The translations under genes and the position numbers were made by a program. A stretch of DNA of 64,000 bases from Tortispora ganteri (Eukaryota): the NCBI GenBank assembly GCA_003707115.1, contig PPNB01000013.1:124001-188000 (forward strand). Reading direction: 5' to 3'. The stretch's first letter is position 1. Each line of letters starts with the position of its first letter. Shown one piece after another: positions 1-10,273 of this stretch. Under the pieces are notes generated by a model. It saw only the letters and a list, made by a program, of their open reading frames with translations, searched no databases and was not told the origin of the DNA.

Positions 1-130
1 TTTCTGCGGCAAAATCTGCTGCCTGTTGTAAGATTTCTTCCTCAGTAGGAGCCTTCTCAGGGATAATTCCATGTTTTCTGAGAATGTCATTCCATTCGGT
101 GTCCTCGTTTGGATCTACTTCGACTTGCAT
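1..130 (-). CDS. PLP2: Phosducin-like protein 2, N-terminal part (runs off window start)
   Basis: Hand translation from ATG at 130: MQVEVDPNEDTEWNDILRKHGIIPEKAPTEEEILQQAADFAAE, the DTEWNDIL..G.IP N-terminal motif of Plp2/PDCL3. Not in the ORF track. Confidence 0.88.
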   Translation of the reverse strand, partial: MQVEVDPNEDTEWNDILRKHGIIPEKAPTEEEILQQAADFAAE

Positions 131-267
131 TCTGGCATGTGGGTCTTTTCGAACTGGTTGTCAAATGGAAAGTGTTTTGTGGTGGTATTTCCAAAGGTAA
201 AAAAATTCTTAAGCCTGCAAAGGCAAAGGTCAAACAAGATGCAATAGCACAAACAATTTTCCGAATA

Positions 268-930
268 TTACAACATAAAATCCTCAATGATCTTATTGAC
301 AATATTCGACGGAGATTTTACGCCGTCGGTCTCCTTTATGAGTCTGGAAACGGCCAGAGTGCTCTTGGTATCATCTCCCTTCACCCACACCATGCCATTG
401 CGGCCTATACCTGTTTCAAAGACAATCGATTTCGCTAGCTGAGCCAACAATGAGTCGTTTCCAATTAGTTCATGCGCATGCGAAAGACTAACATCAAATA
501 CATATCCGTCATTTAAAACGCCCAGGTCATCTTCATCGCACGTCAGTTCTGGTTCCACATCAGGATCAGCTTTGACTACACGGGCACAAACAACGTCTCC
601 AGCTTCTAATTCTGGTTTGTTCTTACGGTGAGCATTCTGAAATGCAAGAGCAGGTAATATAGCCATATATGGCGCTCCAATATTCACCTTATATGTCTCA
701 ACTAATCTCAAATCTATCACGCCAACAACTACATCACCTTGACGCGGTTCGTATCTCTTGCCAGGTGGTACTACAGCTGCACCCACAATATTTTTTCGCT
801 GAAATTGTTGCACATGTCCAGATCTTGTCGCATACGCTGTGTTCGAGGCATAATTAATCGCAATTCCCGGCCCGATACGGACATTCTCGCTCATTCTCAT
901 GATCTCATCTCCTGGATATGTGAATGTCAT
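268..930 (-). CDS. RRP40: Exosome cap subunit Rrp40 (S1/KH)
   Basis: YPGD, IGPG, RYEP..GDVVVG, AFQNAHRKNKPEL..GD.V.ARV, GRNGMVWV motifs. Confidence 0.93.
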   Translation of the reverse strand: MTFTYPGDEIMRMSENVRIGPGIAINYASNTAYATRSGHVQQFQRKNIVGAAVVPPGKRYEPRQGDVVVGVIDLRLVETYKVNIGAPYMAILPALAFQNAHRKNKPELEAGDVVCARVVKADPDVEPELTCDEDDLGVLNDGYVFDVSLSHAHELIGNDSLLAQLAKSIVFETGIGRNGMVWVKGDDTKSTLAVSRLIKETDGVKSPSNIVNKIIEDFML

Positions 931-1024
931 GTCGAAATTTGGGTTCTACAAACCGTGTAGTATACATTACATATACAGAGCCCACAACAACACCGAGTAT
1001 AAAAATATTAGAATTCATTATTTA

Positions 1025-3685
1025 TCACTCAAACACTTCGCATACTAGTTGCGTAAGCATCTCATCTTCACCACGCGCTACCAACTTCACGGAAACACCC
1101 CGTGCCGCAGAGTGCACAAATCGTGCAACGACTGCAATACTTCCCCCTTCTAACGTCCGCGCAAATCCCTTCAGCGTATGTGAAGCAGGCTCCGTAACAT
1201 GATCAGTGCCTCCAATCGCCTGGATAGATAACAACTTCAACAGCGCTTGCACTCCTTCCTCTATAGTTGGCACATCAAGTGCATACGTAGCACTCGCCTC
1301 GTTGCCTAGCTCGTCCCAGGTGTGGTCAAAGTTTCCATTAAATGCAGGAATCAAATAGTCGCCGATTGACAGCTCAAAGTTTTCGATTTCATACTGGTCC
1401 AAGAACCCTTCTCCAACTTCGCCCGTAGACGGATCGATCTCTTTCGACTCGAACTTCAAGACGGTCTCGAACGACATAAACAGATCCTCCGGTCGCTCAA
1501 ACGCAACGTAAATAGTGCCCTCCGAGTTCGGCTTTAGTTCAGGCAAAGCAACAACAAATTCTTCATTCAGGTCTTCACTAGGCGTCACCATGGCTGTCAC
1601 ATCCGCGAGAACTGTGTCCGGAAGCGTGTTGCTGACATCATATTGCAACACAATGTGCTTTTCAAATATATGCTTGTATCCAGTAACAACATATTCGGTT
1701 TCTCGTTCGGTAAGTTCAACTGCAGAAGACGTATGCAAAACCTTTCCAAGCTCGCGAATTTCTTCAATAGCCGCAAGTTTTTCAGTTATTGCACTAGCAG
1801 TTTCTTGTTCTTTCTCGGCCGCTGATGTAATTTGAGTAACGTCTTCGTCAACAGATTTGGTAGCTTTTTGCATCGCTTGCAACATCTCAGCATTCTCTTG
1901 CTCCTTGGTAAACGTCGGAACAACAGAAAAGTCAAACGGTTTCTCAAAATTGTTAGCAGTGACATATCGAACCAGCTCTTGCTCCAACGCACTTAAACTA
2001 TAATTTTGTTCCGGTTCTATGAAATCTGTAACAATTTCTTTGTTAGGAATAGTAGCAATCCTGAGAATTATAGCTGCTCTATCGCGCACTTCATCGCTAG
2101 AATCGTCTAGTGTACGCTCAAGTAAAGTTTTTACTGATCCAGTCTTATCTACAAGCAGAAACTTCCCGAGAGCAGTAACTGCAGCAGCGCGAGTCACAGC
2201 GTTCTCAAGTAAAATTCTGTTGTAGATATACCTAACGTACTTCAGAGGGTCTTCAGTTGAAGGACCTTCAACACCCAAGAAATGCAAAATTCGGGCAGCC
2301 AGAAAAGGATACTCGCAATCTTCGATATATTCACAGAGCTGGCTCAAAGCTTCGGCCTTAGCTTGAGGAACAAATCTCACCAGGTCGAAAATAGCGCTGA
2401 CAACAGCTTGTTTAAAGGAAACTCCACCATCGGATTGAAGGATATCGGCCAAAAAGTGCAATACTTCTTGCTGTTTAGAGGGAAATTTAACAGCCAAAGA
2501 GCGAACGGCTTCCACTACCACAACTTTGAATTCGTCAGGAATATCGAGCATGAAGTTAGATATTTGCGACATCAAATGATCAACAGAGTCATTGTTACCT
2601 GTCTTAAGCAATGTGGTTATAGCGTAAGTAGCAACAGTGCGGCTTGGATCCGAGATACGTTCTTGAATATCAGGGTTGCAGATTTGAACAGCCTCGGGAT
2701 GCGACATAGCATAGCGATTCAATGCACGGATAGCGGCAAATCTGTATGCTGGACGATGAGATCCCAAAAGAAGCTGAAGAGAAGAAATTACCGGTTCAAT
2801 CTCTTGTGGAGTAGCATTTCGAATAGCAAGGATAGCGCGAGCGGCTTCAAGAGAAACAGCATCATTGGCGTGGTTGAGGAAAGAGAGTATGAGCTTGTGC
2901 ATTGGCTTACGAACATTGGGATCCTCAGCTAGAACACGGGAAGCGAATCGAATGAGCAAAATGTTCGCATAAGGAGAGTGAAGTTTTCCATTGAATTGCT
3001 GGATGATTTTCAGAAGAGCGACACGGTCGTGGGAACGCATTTCGTAGAGCAAGCCGAGAGCGTGAAACTGTGTCTGGAAAGCAGCAATGCCTGAGCCGAA
3101 ACCAAATGAAGAAGTGTTCTCGCGGCCAATTAAAAGCGCAGCAGGATAAGGCTTGTTAGCAACGACAGTATCTTGAGTTTCATTAGCCCACCTTCTAACG
3201 AAGTCTCGTGAAACTGGCAACAAGTGGTACGATCCCACAAGAGCAGCAGAAGATGTTGCTGGATTTTTGTCGACGATTGAGGCCTTAATCAAGCGCTCGA
3301 TAGACTGAATAGTAGAGGCGTCGATGATACGGCAAAGAGTTCGGATAGCGTTAGAACGATAAAACACGTCATTGCCCGTAGCATCACGCATTATTGAGGA
3401 AGTGACCATAATCACGTCGTCGGCGTCATCAGCGAGTTCTTTAATAGCTAGGTAAACCATTTGACGCAGGGCCGGGTTCTTGTGCTGAAAGAGTTTCGTG
3501 ATAGAGAAGAACAATTGCGTAGACTCATCTCTAGGAAAAGGAGCACCGGTTGTGACGAGATAGAGGAGTCGAGACAGAAGAGTTCTAGACTTCCTTGGAT
3601 TGATGGGAGACGCATTGAATTCTGAGATGCATTCTTGAAATACGGTCATACGATCGAGACCGTCGTCATTCTTTTTGTACGACAT
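1025..3685 (-). CDS. SEC21: Coatomer gamma subunit
   Basis: 886 aa; FNASPINPRK, LRQMVYLAIKEL, LCEYIEDCEY, ELTERETEYVV appendage motif. Confidence 0.97.
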   Translation of the reverse strand: MSYKKNDDGLDRMTVFQECISEFNASPINPRKSRTLLSRLLYLVTTGAPFPRDESTQLFFSITKLFQHKNPALRQMVYLAIKELADDADDVIMVTSSIMRDATGNDVFYRSNAIRTLCRIIDASTIQSIERLIKASIVDKNPATSSAALVGSYHLLPVSRDFVRRWANETQDTVVANKPYPAALLIGRENTSSFGFGSGIAAFQTQFHALGLLYEMRSHDRVALLKIIQQFNGKLHSPYANILLIRFASRVLAEDPNVRKPMHKLILSFLNHANDAVSLEAARAILAIRNATPQEIEPVISSLQLLLGSHRPAYRFAAIRALNRYAMSHPEAVQICNPDIQERISDPSRTVATYAITTLLKTGNNDSVDHLMSQISNFMLDIPDEFKVVVVEAVRSLAVKFPSKQQEVLHFLADILQSDGGVSFKQAVVSAIFDLVRFVPQAKAEALSQLCEYIEDCEYPFLAARILHFLGVEGPSTEDPLKYVRYIYNRILLENAVTRAAAVTALGKFLLVDKTGSVKTLLERTLDDSSDEVRDRAAIILRIATIPNKEIVTDFIEPEQNYSLSALEQELVRYVTANNFEKPFDFSVVPTFTKEQENAEMLQAMQKATKSVDEDVTQITSAAEKEQETASAITEKLAAIEEIRELGKVLHTSSAVELTERETEYVVTGYKHIFEKHIVLQYDVSNTLPDTVLADVTAMVTPSEDLNEEFVVALPELKPNSEGTIYVAFERPEDLFMSFETVLKFESKEIDPSTGEVGEGFLDQYEIENFELSIGDYLIPAFNGNFDHTWDELGNEASATYALDVPTIEEGVQALLKLLSIQAIGGTDHVTEPASHTLKGFARTLEGGSIAVVARFVHSAARGVSVKLVARGEDEMLTQLVCEVFE

Positions 3686-4030
3686 TGTCGGCTAGCACCA
3701 GCAGAAAGAAGTTGGAGCTGGAGTAAGGACAAAACTACGTGTCCGGTTAAGGTGCAGGTGAAGTCCTTTTGGTGTATTAGTCTGGCAGGCGCAGAACAAG
3801 GGGGGAGGGTTTTTTTTCTGTATACATATTTTTAGGTTGGTTGTCATGTCAACTGTGCGACTACTTTGAGCGGTAAAGGGTAGCTGTCGTTTCACGGTAA
3901 CATAAGGTAGTGTAGATAGTCAAAGGTAATCAACACAGCAAGTTACACCAGTGGCCACATTCTAGTCTGTACGATAATATTTAGCTCGATAAGAGATCAA
4001 TAGCAGCAGGCCGCATTTTTACCATCTAAC

Positions 4031-4996
4031 ATGTATCCAAGTTCAGCGACGGTATTGTCGTCGCTGTTTGTGGCGTTGATATTTGTGTGGATGGTTGTCT
4101 CTCCAGGCGTTGATGTGGGGATCTTCCCGTCATTCGCTACTGTTCTGTCAGGAAACGAATCGTTTGTGGCTGCCCCTGCTGCATTTGGCGTATTCGAAGG
4201 AATAGACGGCGTCGAAGATGTGCACGATATCCTTGTGGCGCGCGGCAAGATTCGCTTGTGGCCTGACACGGCGTGCGGAGACGGCCCAACTGAACTGACG
4301 GTGGACAAAGAAGACATCGTAGTTGTCGGAAGAGGCAACTGTTCATTCTTCACGAAAATATACAACCTGCAACAATCAGGCGCTCGGTCTGTTATAGTGC
4401 ACGACTGGACTAACGAGCCAGAAGGACATCTGGTAACAATGTATGCGCCGCACTCTTCAGCTAAGTTGATCGATATTCCCAGCGTATTCGTGAGCGGAAA
4501 GGTTGGATCTCGCCTACGACAACTGGAAGGCGGAGATGCTTCGATATTTGTCAATCCCGAAAGAGTATCACTTCTCGATTCAATATTGTTTTTTGTTTTC
4601 TCACCTATGTTTTCTTTAGTAATGATCTACGGCATTTTACTTGGACATAGGTATTTTAGATCACGAGCGGAACGCGCACCGCCGGCGGTTGTAAAGTCTT
4701 TCCCTGTTCGCATTTGGACTGACGACCATGCGGCACAAAACCCGAAAGAGAAGCACTGGGGCTCTCATAGTGAGTGCGTTATATGTCTAGAAAAGTATGT
4801 AGATGGCGAGTCGCAGGTTATGACTTTGCCTTGTGAACACGAGTTCCACGCGGAATGCATTAAGCCGTGGCTCATACAGCAGAAAAGACTGTGTCCTATA
4901 TGCAAACGTGACGTCACAATTACTGAGAGCACGCCGCTGTTGTCTACGCGGCCGTCGCCCGATATCGAACAAGGACCGTCCGATTCAAGCTCATGA
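4031..4996 (+). CDS. PA-domain / TM / RING-H2 E3 ubiquitin ligase (RNF13/RMR-like)
   Basis: N-terminal hydrophobic segment, PA motif RGNCSFFTK, TM helix, RING-H2 CVICLE..LPCEHEFHAECIKPW..CPICK. Confidence 0.9.
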   Translation: MYPSSATVLSSLFVALIFVWMVVSPGVDVGIFPSFATVLSGNESFVAAPAAFGVFEGIDGVEDVHDILVARGKIRLWPDTACGDGPTELTVDKEDIVVVGRGNCSFFTKIYNLQQSGARSVIVHDWTNEPEGHLVTMYAPHSSAKLIDIPSVFVSGKVGSRLRQLEGGDASIFVNPERVSLLDSILFFVFSPMFSLVMIYGILLGHRYFRSRAERAPPAVVKSFPVRIWTDDHAAQNPKEKHWGSHSECVICLEKYVDGESQVMTLPCEHEFHAECIKPWLIQQKRLCPICKRDVTITESTPLLSTRPSPDIEQGPSDSSS

Positions 4997-5218
4997 ATTT
5001 ATTGTTTTAAGGTTACCGGGGACTGTGCTGGACAAATGCCAGCAAGTATCCATAGCGAAATGAGCCGACCGTTGGGAGGGAATAAATAGGCTTTTGGCCC
5101 CTCCTGTTCCTCCTTCTCAACGTACAGCCTATTCACTCAGCTCTCTGTTAGTAATATTTTGCCGCTGCGATCCTTTATTTACTAAAATCGGTGCAGTGTC
5201 CGATCCTCTAATATCTAC

Positions 5219-6178
5219 ATGAACTACATTAATTACGAGTCGAATAACGAGGACATGACGGCGGGCCAGAGCTTGATTGATCCTTGTAACGGTAACGCCC
5301 TTGAATGTCACGAGAAACTAGCCTATACAGACAACCCGCTGGATATTCAAGACCGACTGCAATCACTGGTTTTTACGTCGTTGGATGAGTTTAAAGGCGA
5401 TGAGGGTGCCTTCGGTGGGGAGGTTATATCATACGATAAAGGTGATAATGTAAACAAGACGGGTGTAGAATGGGCCAACGAGAGTAACGATCCCGCATTA
5501 AAGGAAACACTACTTGAGTATTCCAATATATTGTTATCTGCGAAAGACATCCAACAGCTGTCAAGTACAGATCTCTCAGAGAGGCGCAAGGCACAAAATA
5601 GATTGTCGCAACGGGTGTCTCGCGATAGGAAAGAGAGAATGTTCAAAGCGATGGAGGAGCGGATAAAGGCCCTAGAAGCCCAAATCAGGCAGCTAACGCA
5701 AGAACGTGATGAAGCTGTTCAAGAAGCGTCTTGGTACTCATCTGAATACCGAAACCTTGTTGTTATGTACCACGAGCAGGGTATAAAGAAGAAAAGCGAT
5801 AGTGAAGCAGGCGATAATACCCCAGAACTTTCATACTCTAGCGGAACAGGAAGCTCAAACCCTTCCACAGCTATATCTACTTCTTCTATTTCTCCTCTGC
5901 CGTCTGGGTCAGAGTTTATAGGGTTTTATGACAATCTAGTTGCGCCGCACCTTTTGCGTGCTGATGTGCCGCACCCTCCATCTATGAGTAAGGAAGACCA
6001 GGTGTTAATCAGTGCAACTGGCATTTGGGATAAAATTCAGTCGCATCCGCGTTCTTGTGATGTCGATATTTCTAAGGTACAGGAGTATTTGTCTGGTGCA
6101 GCAATATGCGGCAAGGCTGGTCCAGTATATGCTGAATCTGATGTGGACCAGGCGATTGAGATGTCATTACCGCGGTAG
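5219..6178 (+). CDS. Yap/AP-1-like bZIP transcription factor (Yap3/Fcr3-like)
   Basis: Basic region RRKAQNRLSQRVSRDRKE, leucine zipper, C-terminal PAP1-like IWDKIQSHP..DVDI..C...GPVY domain. Confidence 0.85.
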   Translation: MNYINYESNNEDMTAGQSLIDPCNGNALECHEKLAYTDNPLDIQDRLQSLVFTSLDEFKGDEGAFGGEVISYDKGDNVNKTGVEWANESNDPALKETLLEYSNILLSAKDIQQLSSTDLSERRKAQNRLSQRVSRDRKERMFKAMEERIKALEAQIRQLTQERDEAVQEASWYSSEYRNLVVMYHEQGIKKKSDSEAGDNTPELSYSSGTGSSNPSTAISTSSISPLPSGSEFIGFYDNLVAPHLLRADVPHPPSMSKEDQVLISATGIWDKIQSHPRSCDVDISKVQEYLSGAAICGKAGPVYAESDVDQAIEMSLPR

Positions 6179-6645
6179 CTTTAACAGTATCAACGGCTAT
6201 GCATTTGCATAAAATTGTTTTTGAGTACTCTCTTTGCATACGGTCACACATACGCTTTTAAAGTATAATATTTGTTTCTTATTCATGTTGTTTGCGCTGC
6301 CGGCTATCTTCACGGACTCTATTGCTGAATTTTTGCAGTTCCTGTGATGGACTATAAGCCTCAAAGAGTTTGGCGGAAGAGCAGCTATATAACATTGTTT
6401 GAAGATATGAGCTGCTCTTGCATTGGCATATATAATGAATATGTTATAACGATTATCTTGCTTCCATCTCGGATATCCGAATTACTGTCCTGCATGGTCT
6501 GAGGGAAAATATTGGCAAGGCACAGCGCTGGCGCAGATCTTGCTGCAGCTTTATGTGCGGACTTGCCTACGTTTAATTACCGATAGTTTTATTGGTTTAT
6601 AGTACAAAATTGCTATGACGGAGCAGTTGCGGCAGTTTTCGCGAC

Positions 6646-6652
6646 TGACTCA
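6646..6652 (+). promoter_or_regulatory. Gcn4/AP-1 consensus site upstream of NIPSNAP
   Basis: Perfect TGACTCA about 85 nt before ATG 6737. Confidence 0.45.
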
Positions 6653-6736
6653 TTTGTAAACGCTGATCGGCAATACTACCCCACTAAACCTTATTTCATT
6701 TAAACACCTTGCTAACACAACTTAGCCACAGACAGA

Positions 6737-7618
6737 ATGAAGGCATTGGTTCGGAAACTACATACATCGACTTATTTACGCCGATTACCAAGTTTAGGCG
6801 ATGTCACTCCCTTTATGCCATTAAAGTCCGATGTGCAGGCGGATAACTCTGCAACACCTGTGCAGAAAGAAGCACGTCAAAGTCTTGTCAAAGCCTTTTT
6901 GTATGGATCTACATCTGCGAAACAGGAGCAAGCTGAACAGTCTGCCTCTAAGGCGCTTATGCGCGGAAAATACGTTCATGAAATTACGTTCCATCATGTT
7001 AAGCCTGAGTTTTCGGACGATTATGTGGCGCTATTGGAAGAAACGTTCCCGAAAATTGCCAATGACGCTTCTAATCAGTGCAAACTTGTCGGCAGCTGGA
7101 GAACCGTTATAGGAAATCTCGATACATTCGTACACATATGGGAATATGATGGATATACTGGGTTTCATTACAGTAATAATCAGATTCACTCTAAGGACTA
7201 TTTCGTCCCGTACAATGAGAAGGTGCGCACCATGTTAGCTTCACGTCGTTCGAACCTCATTCAGGAGTTCCGGTTTTGGGGCGGAACAGCTCAGCCGCAT
7301 ACAATGGGTGGAATATTTGAGCTACGCTCTTATACCATTAAGCCTGGAAAGCTACTTGAGTGGGAGGCCTCATGGAAGAAGGGTATTCACGCTCGTAGAC
7401 AGGTTATGGAACCCGTAGGTGCATGGTTCTCACAGCTAGGCGCATTGAACTCAGTCTATCATTTGTGGCAGTTTGCAGATCTCGAACACCGTAAGATATC
7501 CAGACAGAAGTGTTGGGAATTGCCTGGCTGGTCTGACACCGTTCATGAGACTGTAGAGCTGGTAGATATCATGCAATCTGACATCATGGTTCCTCTCTCC
7601 TTTTCGCCTCTGAAGTAA
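6737..7618 (+). CDS. Mitochondrial NIPSNAP family protein
   Basis: Arg-rich presequence; LVGSW..IG.LD.FVHIWEY; IFELRSYTIKPG; VGAWFSQLGALN.VYHLW; P.SFSPLK end. Confidence 0.93.
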   Translation: MKALVRKLHTSTYLRRLPSLGDVTPFMPLKSDVQADNSATPVQKEARQSLVKAFLYGSTSAKQEQAEQSASKALMRGKYVHEITFHHVKPEFSDDYVALLEETFPKIANDASNQCKLVGSWRTVIGNLDTFVHIWEYDGYTGFHYSNNQIHSKDYFVPYNEKVRTMLASRRSNLIQEFRFWGGTAQPHTMGGIFELRSYTIKPGKLLEWEASWKKGIHARRQVMEPVGAWFSQLGALNSVYHLWQFADLEHRKISRQKCWELPGWSDTVHETVELVDIMQSDIMVPLSFSPLK

Positions 7619-7746
7619 AACCCACCATGCCTTACTAAGCAGAGAATGATGTTTCTATTTCTAGTGTCAAGCACTCTCAATACGTTATTTCTCACATCGC
7701 TTTATAATATTTACAAAATTCTCAGTCTCTGAAGCATCTGATATGT

Positions 7747-10002
7747 CTAACGCTTCACTTTAGTCTTTGAACCAAGTGCCCATAAATCACCCATTCTAGC
7801 CTTTCGGGCATCATGATATGCTTGTTTTCCATAAGATTTAGGCACGGTCCATTGCTCGAAACGTCCTTCTGGGCTACATACATCGAATATCACGTGTCCT
7901 CTGCGTTTTTTTGGTGGCGAAAGCACACGCGCGCGGTTCTCTCGTTCTTCGTTTATGGCTTGACCGGCCTTGACAATTAGGTATGAATAGCTAGCACTCT
8001 CCACATTGCCTCCACCTGGACGACCACTGCCTGCAAGGTCTACGCCTTCTTCGACCTTTTCCCAGTTAGCACCCAGTATCTTTCCACGCTTAAAGTCGAT
8101 CAAATATGACGGTCTAAGCGCCTTTCTGCTAAATGAGCACCAGTCCTTGCGGTCCTCAAAGGGGTCGCCCTTCTGAAGTGGACATCGGCCGTGGTGCGTA
8201 CAGGGGGCAAGAATCTGTACATTGATATTATCAAAAGTTTCGGCTGAAGCTTCATATCCTTCTTCGGCAAATTCAACATCAAAATGCTTCAGTAGCTCCT
8301 CTTCGATATCCAGTAAACCTTCAGCCTCAGCTGTCTCCGCATCAGGTGCCGGCTTAATTTTGTCAGTGCCACTTCTTAGTTTGTACTTGACGGGCAATTT
8401 ATGCAAAGATTTACCGGATTTCCATGATGGCCGTAAGAGAACTTCACGTGCACGAGCCACGGACTCAAAACCGGAAACGTTACCACGTTCTACTATGCAA
8501 AGTACACCATTTTCCGGATCCAGCAATCTCATGAAACTGTCTAATCGCTCATCGACCGATGTGGTAAACCGTTTGTGCGAGTTTGATTGGTTAAACAGCT
8601 GGTATGAGGCAATTATAAGGTCATATTTACCTGGGCTGGTTTCTGATGGTAAATGGTTTCTGACAGCGACAGGAGAATTGCCTTCAGGTTGCGTTTTAGG
8701 CATAATCCCCGTATTTTTTAACAATCTTTTTGCGCGGCTTTGCATGGCTGTGTCTCCAAAACAGACCGCCAGTTGCCTATCTGGTGAATAATCTCCAGAC
8801 TTTTTCAGGACGTCGTTTGCTGCGAGGATACCAATGGCTGGTCCATGGCTTATATCTAGAATTCTCTTTGGCGACCAGTTTTTACCCATTCTATTTCTTG
8901 CTTCGTGTAAAACGCTTGAGACTGCGGCATAGTTTCGCACAAATAGAGCCGCAATATGCGCATCGACGCTCGTAGGAGTCAATGCTGGCGCAGGAAGGCC
9001 TTCTGGCCCAGGAGTATTAAGCTGAATATATATTGACTTAGCGCGCTGTCGAAGCACGTTGGGTGTTTGAGCTTTAATTATTTTTGACAGTTCGTTTTCG
9101 AGTTCTGATGGTAGGATTAGCGCTTTATGTGCCGCGTGACCTGCAACTGTAGCAGGATCAAATTTCGATAATTCTGCGCTAGTTTCGAACATGGCAGCAT
9201 TAACAGCTTCATAGTCACATTCAATTTCAAAATCCGTAAGACACACTATACCATTCGGCTTGAGGAGTGACTGCGCTTTAGCGATTAAATTCGGCAAAGA
9301 CCATTCTGAGTCTTTCTGTGCACCAGCCACAGCTGTCTGATGTGAGAGCATAATCAAATCATAACGTGAAGCAGCAGATTCTTCATGCAAAACAGTAGCA
9401 TTTTCAATAGTGTTGTCTTCAATCAAAGATGAGACATACGGGCTTCGCATCAGTAATAGATCCCGTTTAGTGTTGTCGAATACGCTGAACGCAGAGAGTG
9501 CAGCCAAACCGGAAGCAGGTCCACGAGTTATCTCTAAAACAGAGCTTGGTGACCACGATGCACCTTTATGCTCTATAAGCAATCCCAAAGATGAATGTGC
9601 AGATGAATAGCTTTTCAGATACATTAGTACTAGATACAAGTTTACCTCAGCAGGTGTAATTGGTGATGGCAATTTAGCGGCAGGACCTTTTGATGCAAGC
9701 AGCGCCACAAGCTCGCCATGAAATATCTCCGGATCAGGTATTTTAAGACGTTTAAATGCAGAATTTAGTATTCGATTAGGTATAAGCGTATACCCGGACC
9801 CAGTCTGGTGTGACGCAGAGACCATAGTTGATTCAAGCAGCAGATCAGGAGCAGGCCCTTCAACGTTGAACACCGTGTGTCCTGAATCATACCAGTACAC
9901 CCGCGGCGTTCGCTGAATCTGTGCAGCCACAGGTATCTCTGGACGAGCCAGTAGGCTGCTCAGATCAGTGATAAACCGTCGGCCACGGCGATACATAGAC
10001 AT
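7747..10002 (-). CDS. RSM22: Mitoribosome SSU assembly factor Rsm22/METTL17 (with extra N-terminal domain copy)
   Basis: ILDISHGPA, YDLII, VERG..GFE.VARAR, APCTHHGRCPL, YSYLI, KRRGHV.FDVC, KS.GKQAYHDARKA.MGDLW. Confidence 0.92.
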   Translation of the reverse strand: MSMYRRGRRFITDLSSLLARPEIPVAAQIQRTPRVYWYDSGHTVFNVEGPAPDLLLESTMVSASHQTGSGYTLIPNRILNSAFKRLKIPDPEIFHGELVALLASKGPAAKLPSPITPAEVNLYLVLMYLKSYSSAHSSLGLLIEHKGASWSPSSVLEITRGPASGLAALSAFSVFDNTKRDLLLMRSPYVSSLIEDNTIENATVLHEESAASRYDLIMLSHQTAVAGAQKDSEWSLPNLIAKAQSLLKPNGIVCLTDFEIECDYEAVNAAMFETSAELSKFDPATVAGHAAHKALILPSELENELSKIIKAQTPNVLRQRAKSIYIQLNTPGPEGLPAPALTPTSVDAHIAALFVRNYAAVSSVLHEARNRMGKNWSPKRILDISHGPAIGILAANDVLKKSGDYSPDRQLAVCFGDTAMQSRAKRLLKNTGIMPKTQPEGNSPVAVRNHLPSETSPGKYDLIIASYQLFNQSNSHKRFTTSVDERLDSFMRLLDPENGVLCIVERGNVSGFESVARAREVLLRPSWKSGKSLHKLPVKYKLRSGTDKIKPAPDAETAEAEGLLDIEEELLKHFDVEFAEEGYEASAETFDNINVQILAPCTHHGRCPLQKGDPFEDRKDWCSFSRKALRPSYLIDFKRGKILGANWEKVEEGVDLAGSGRPGGGNVESASYSYLIVKAGQAINEERENRARVLSPPKKRRGHVIFDVCSPEGRFEQWTVPKSYGKQAYHDARKARMGDLWALGSKTKVKR

Positions 10003-10058
10003 ATATATCGATAAGTTTTTTTTTTCCGTTTCGAGGTGCTCGACAAGTGTATATTAAG

Positions 10059-10066
10059 CCGGGTAA
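10059..10066 (+). promoter_or_regulatory. Reb1-type site CCGGGTAA (also at 26512, 33318 on the other strand, 39224 on the other strand, 55479)
   Basis: Perfect Reb1 consensus 57 nt upstream of the RSM22 ATG; recurs in several promoters in this window. Confidence 0.6.
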
Positions 10067-10246
10067 CGTGTGAATTTGAAATTAATTGTCTATTTTCGGT
10101 TTTGGCTTACCACACAATAATAAATAAATTTAGTATCATTATTCCTAGATTATATATTTTCAAGTATTGTGATACTCACTTTCCTAAGAAAGAGGTACTG
10201 TTCAAATTGCTAGCGGCACGCGGGACAGATTGAGATGCAGAAGCGG

Positions 10247-10273
10247 TTGACGATTGACGGTTGACGATTGACG
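10247..10273. repeat. Four tandem 7-mers TTGACG(A/G)
   Basis: ttgacga ttgacgg ttgacga ttgacg. Confidence 0.8.

Noticed and set aside
6709..6725. TGCTAAC..TAG just before the NIPSNAP ATG, like a 5' UTR intron end
   Set aside because: No convincing upstream donor was found.
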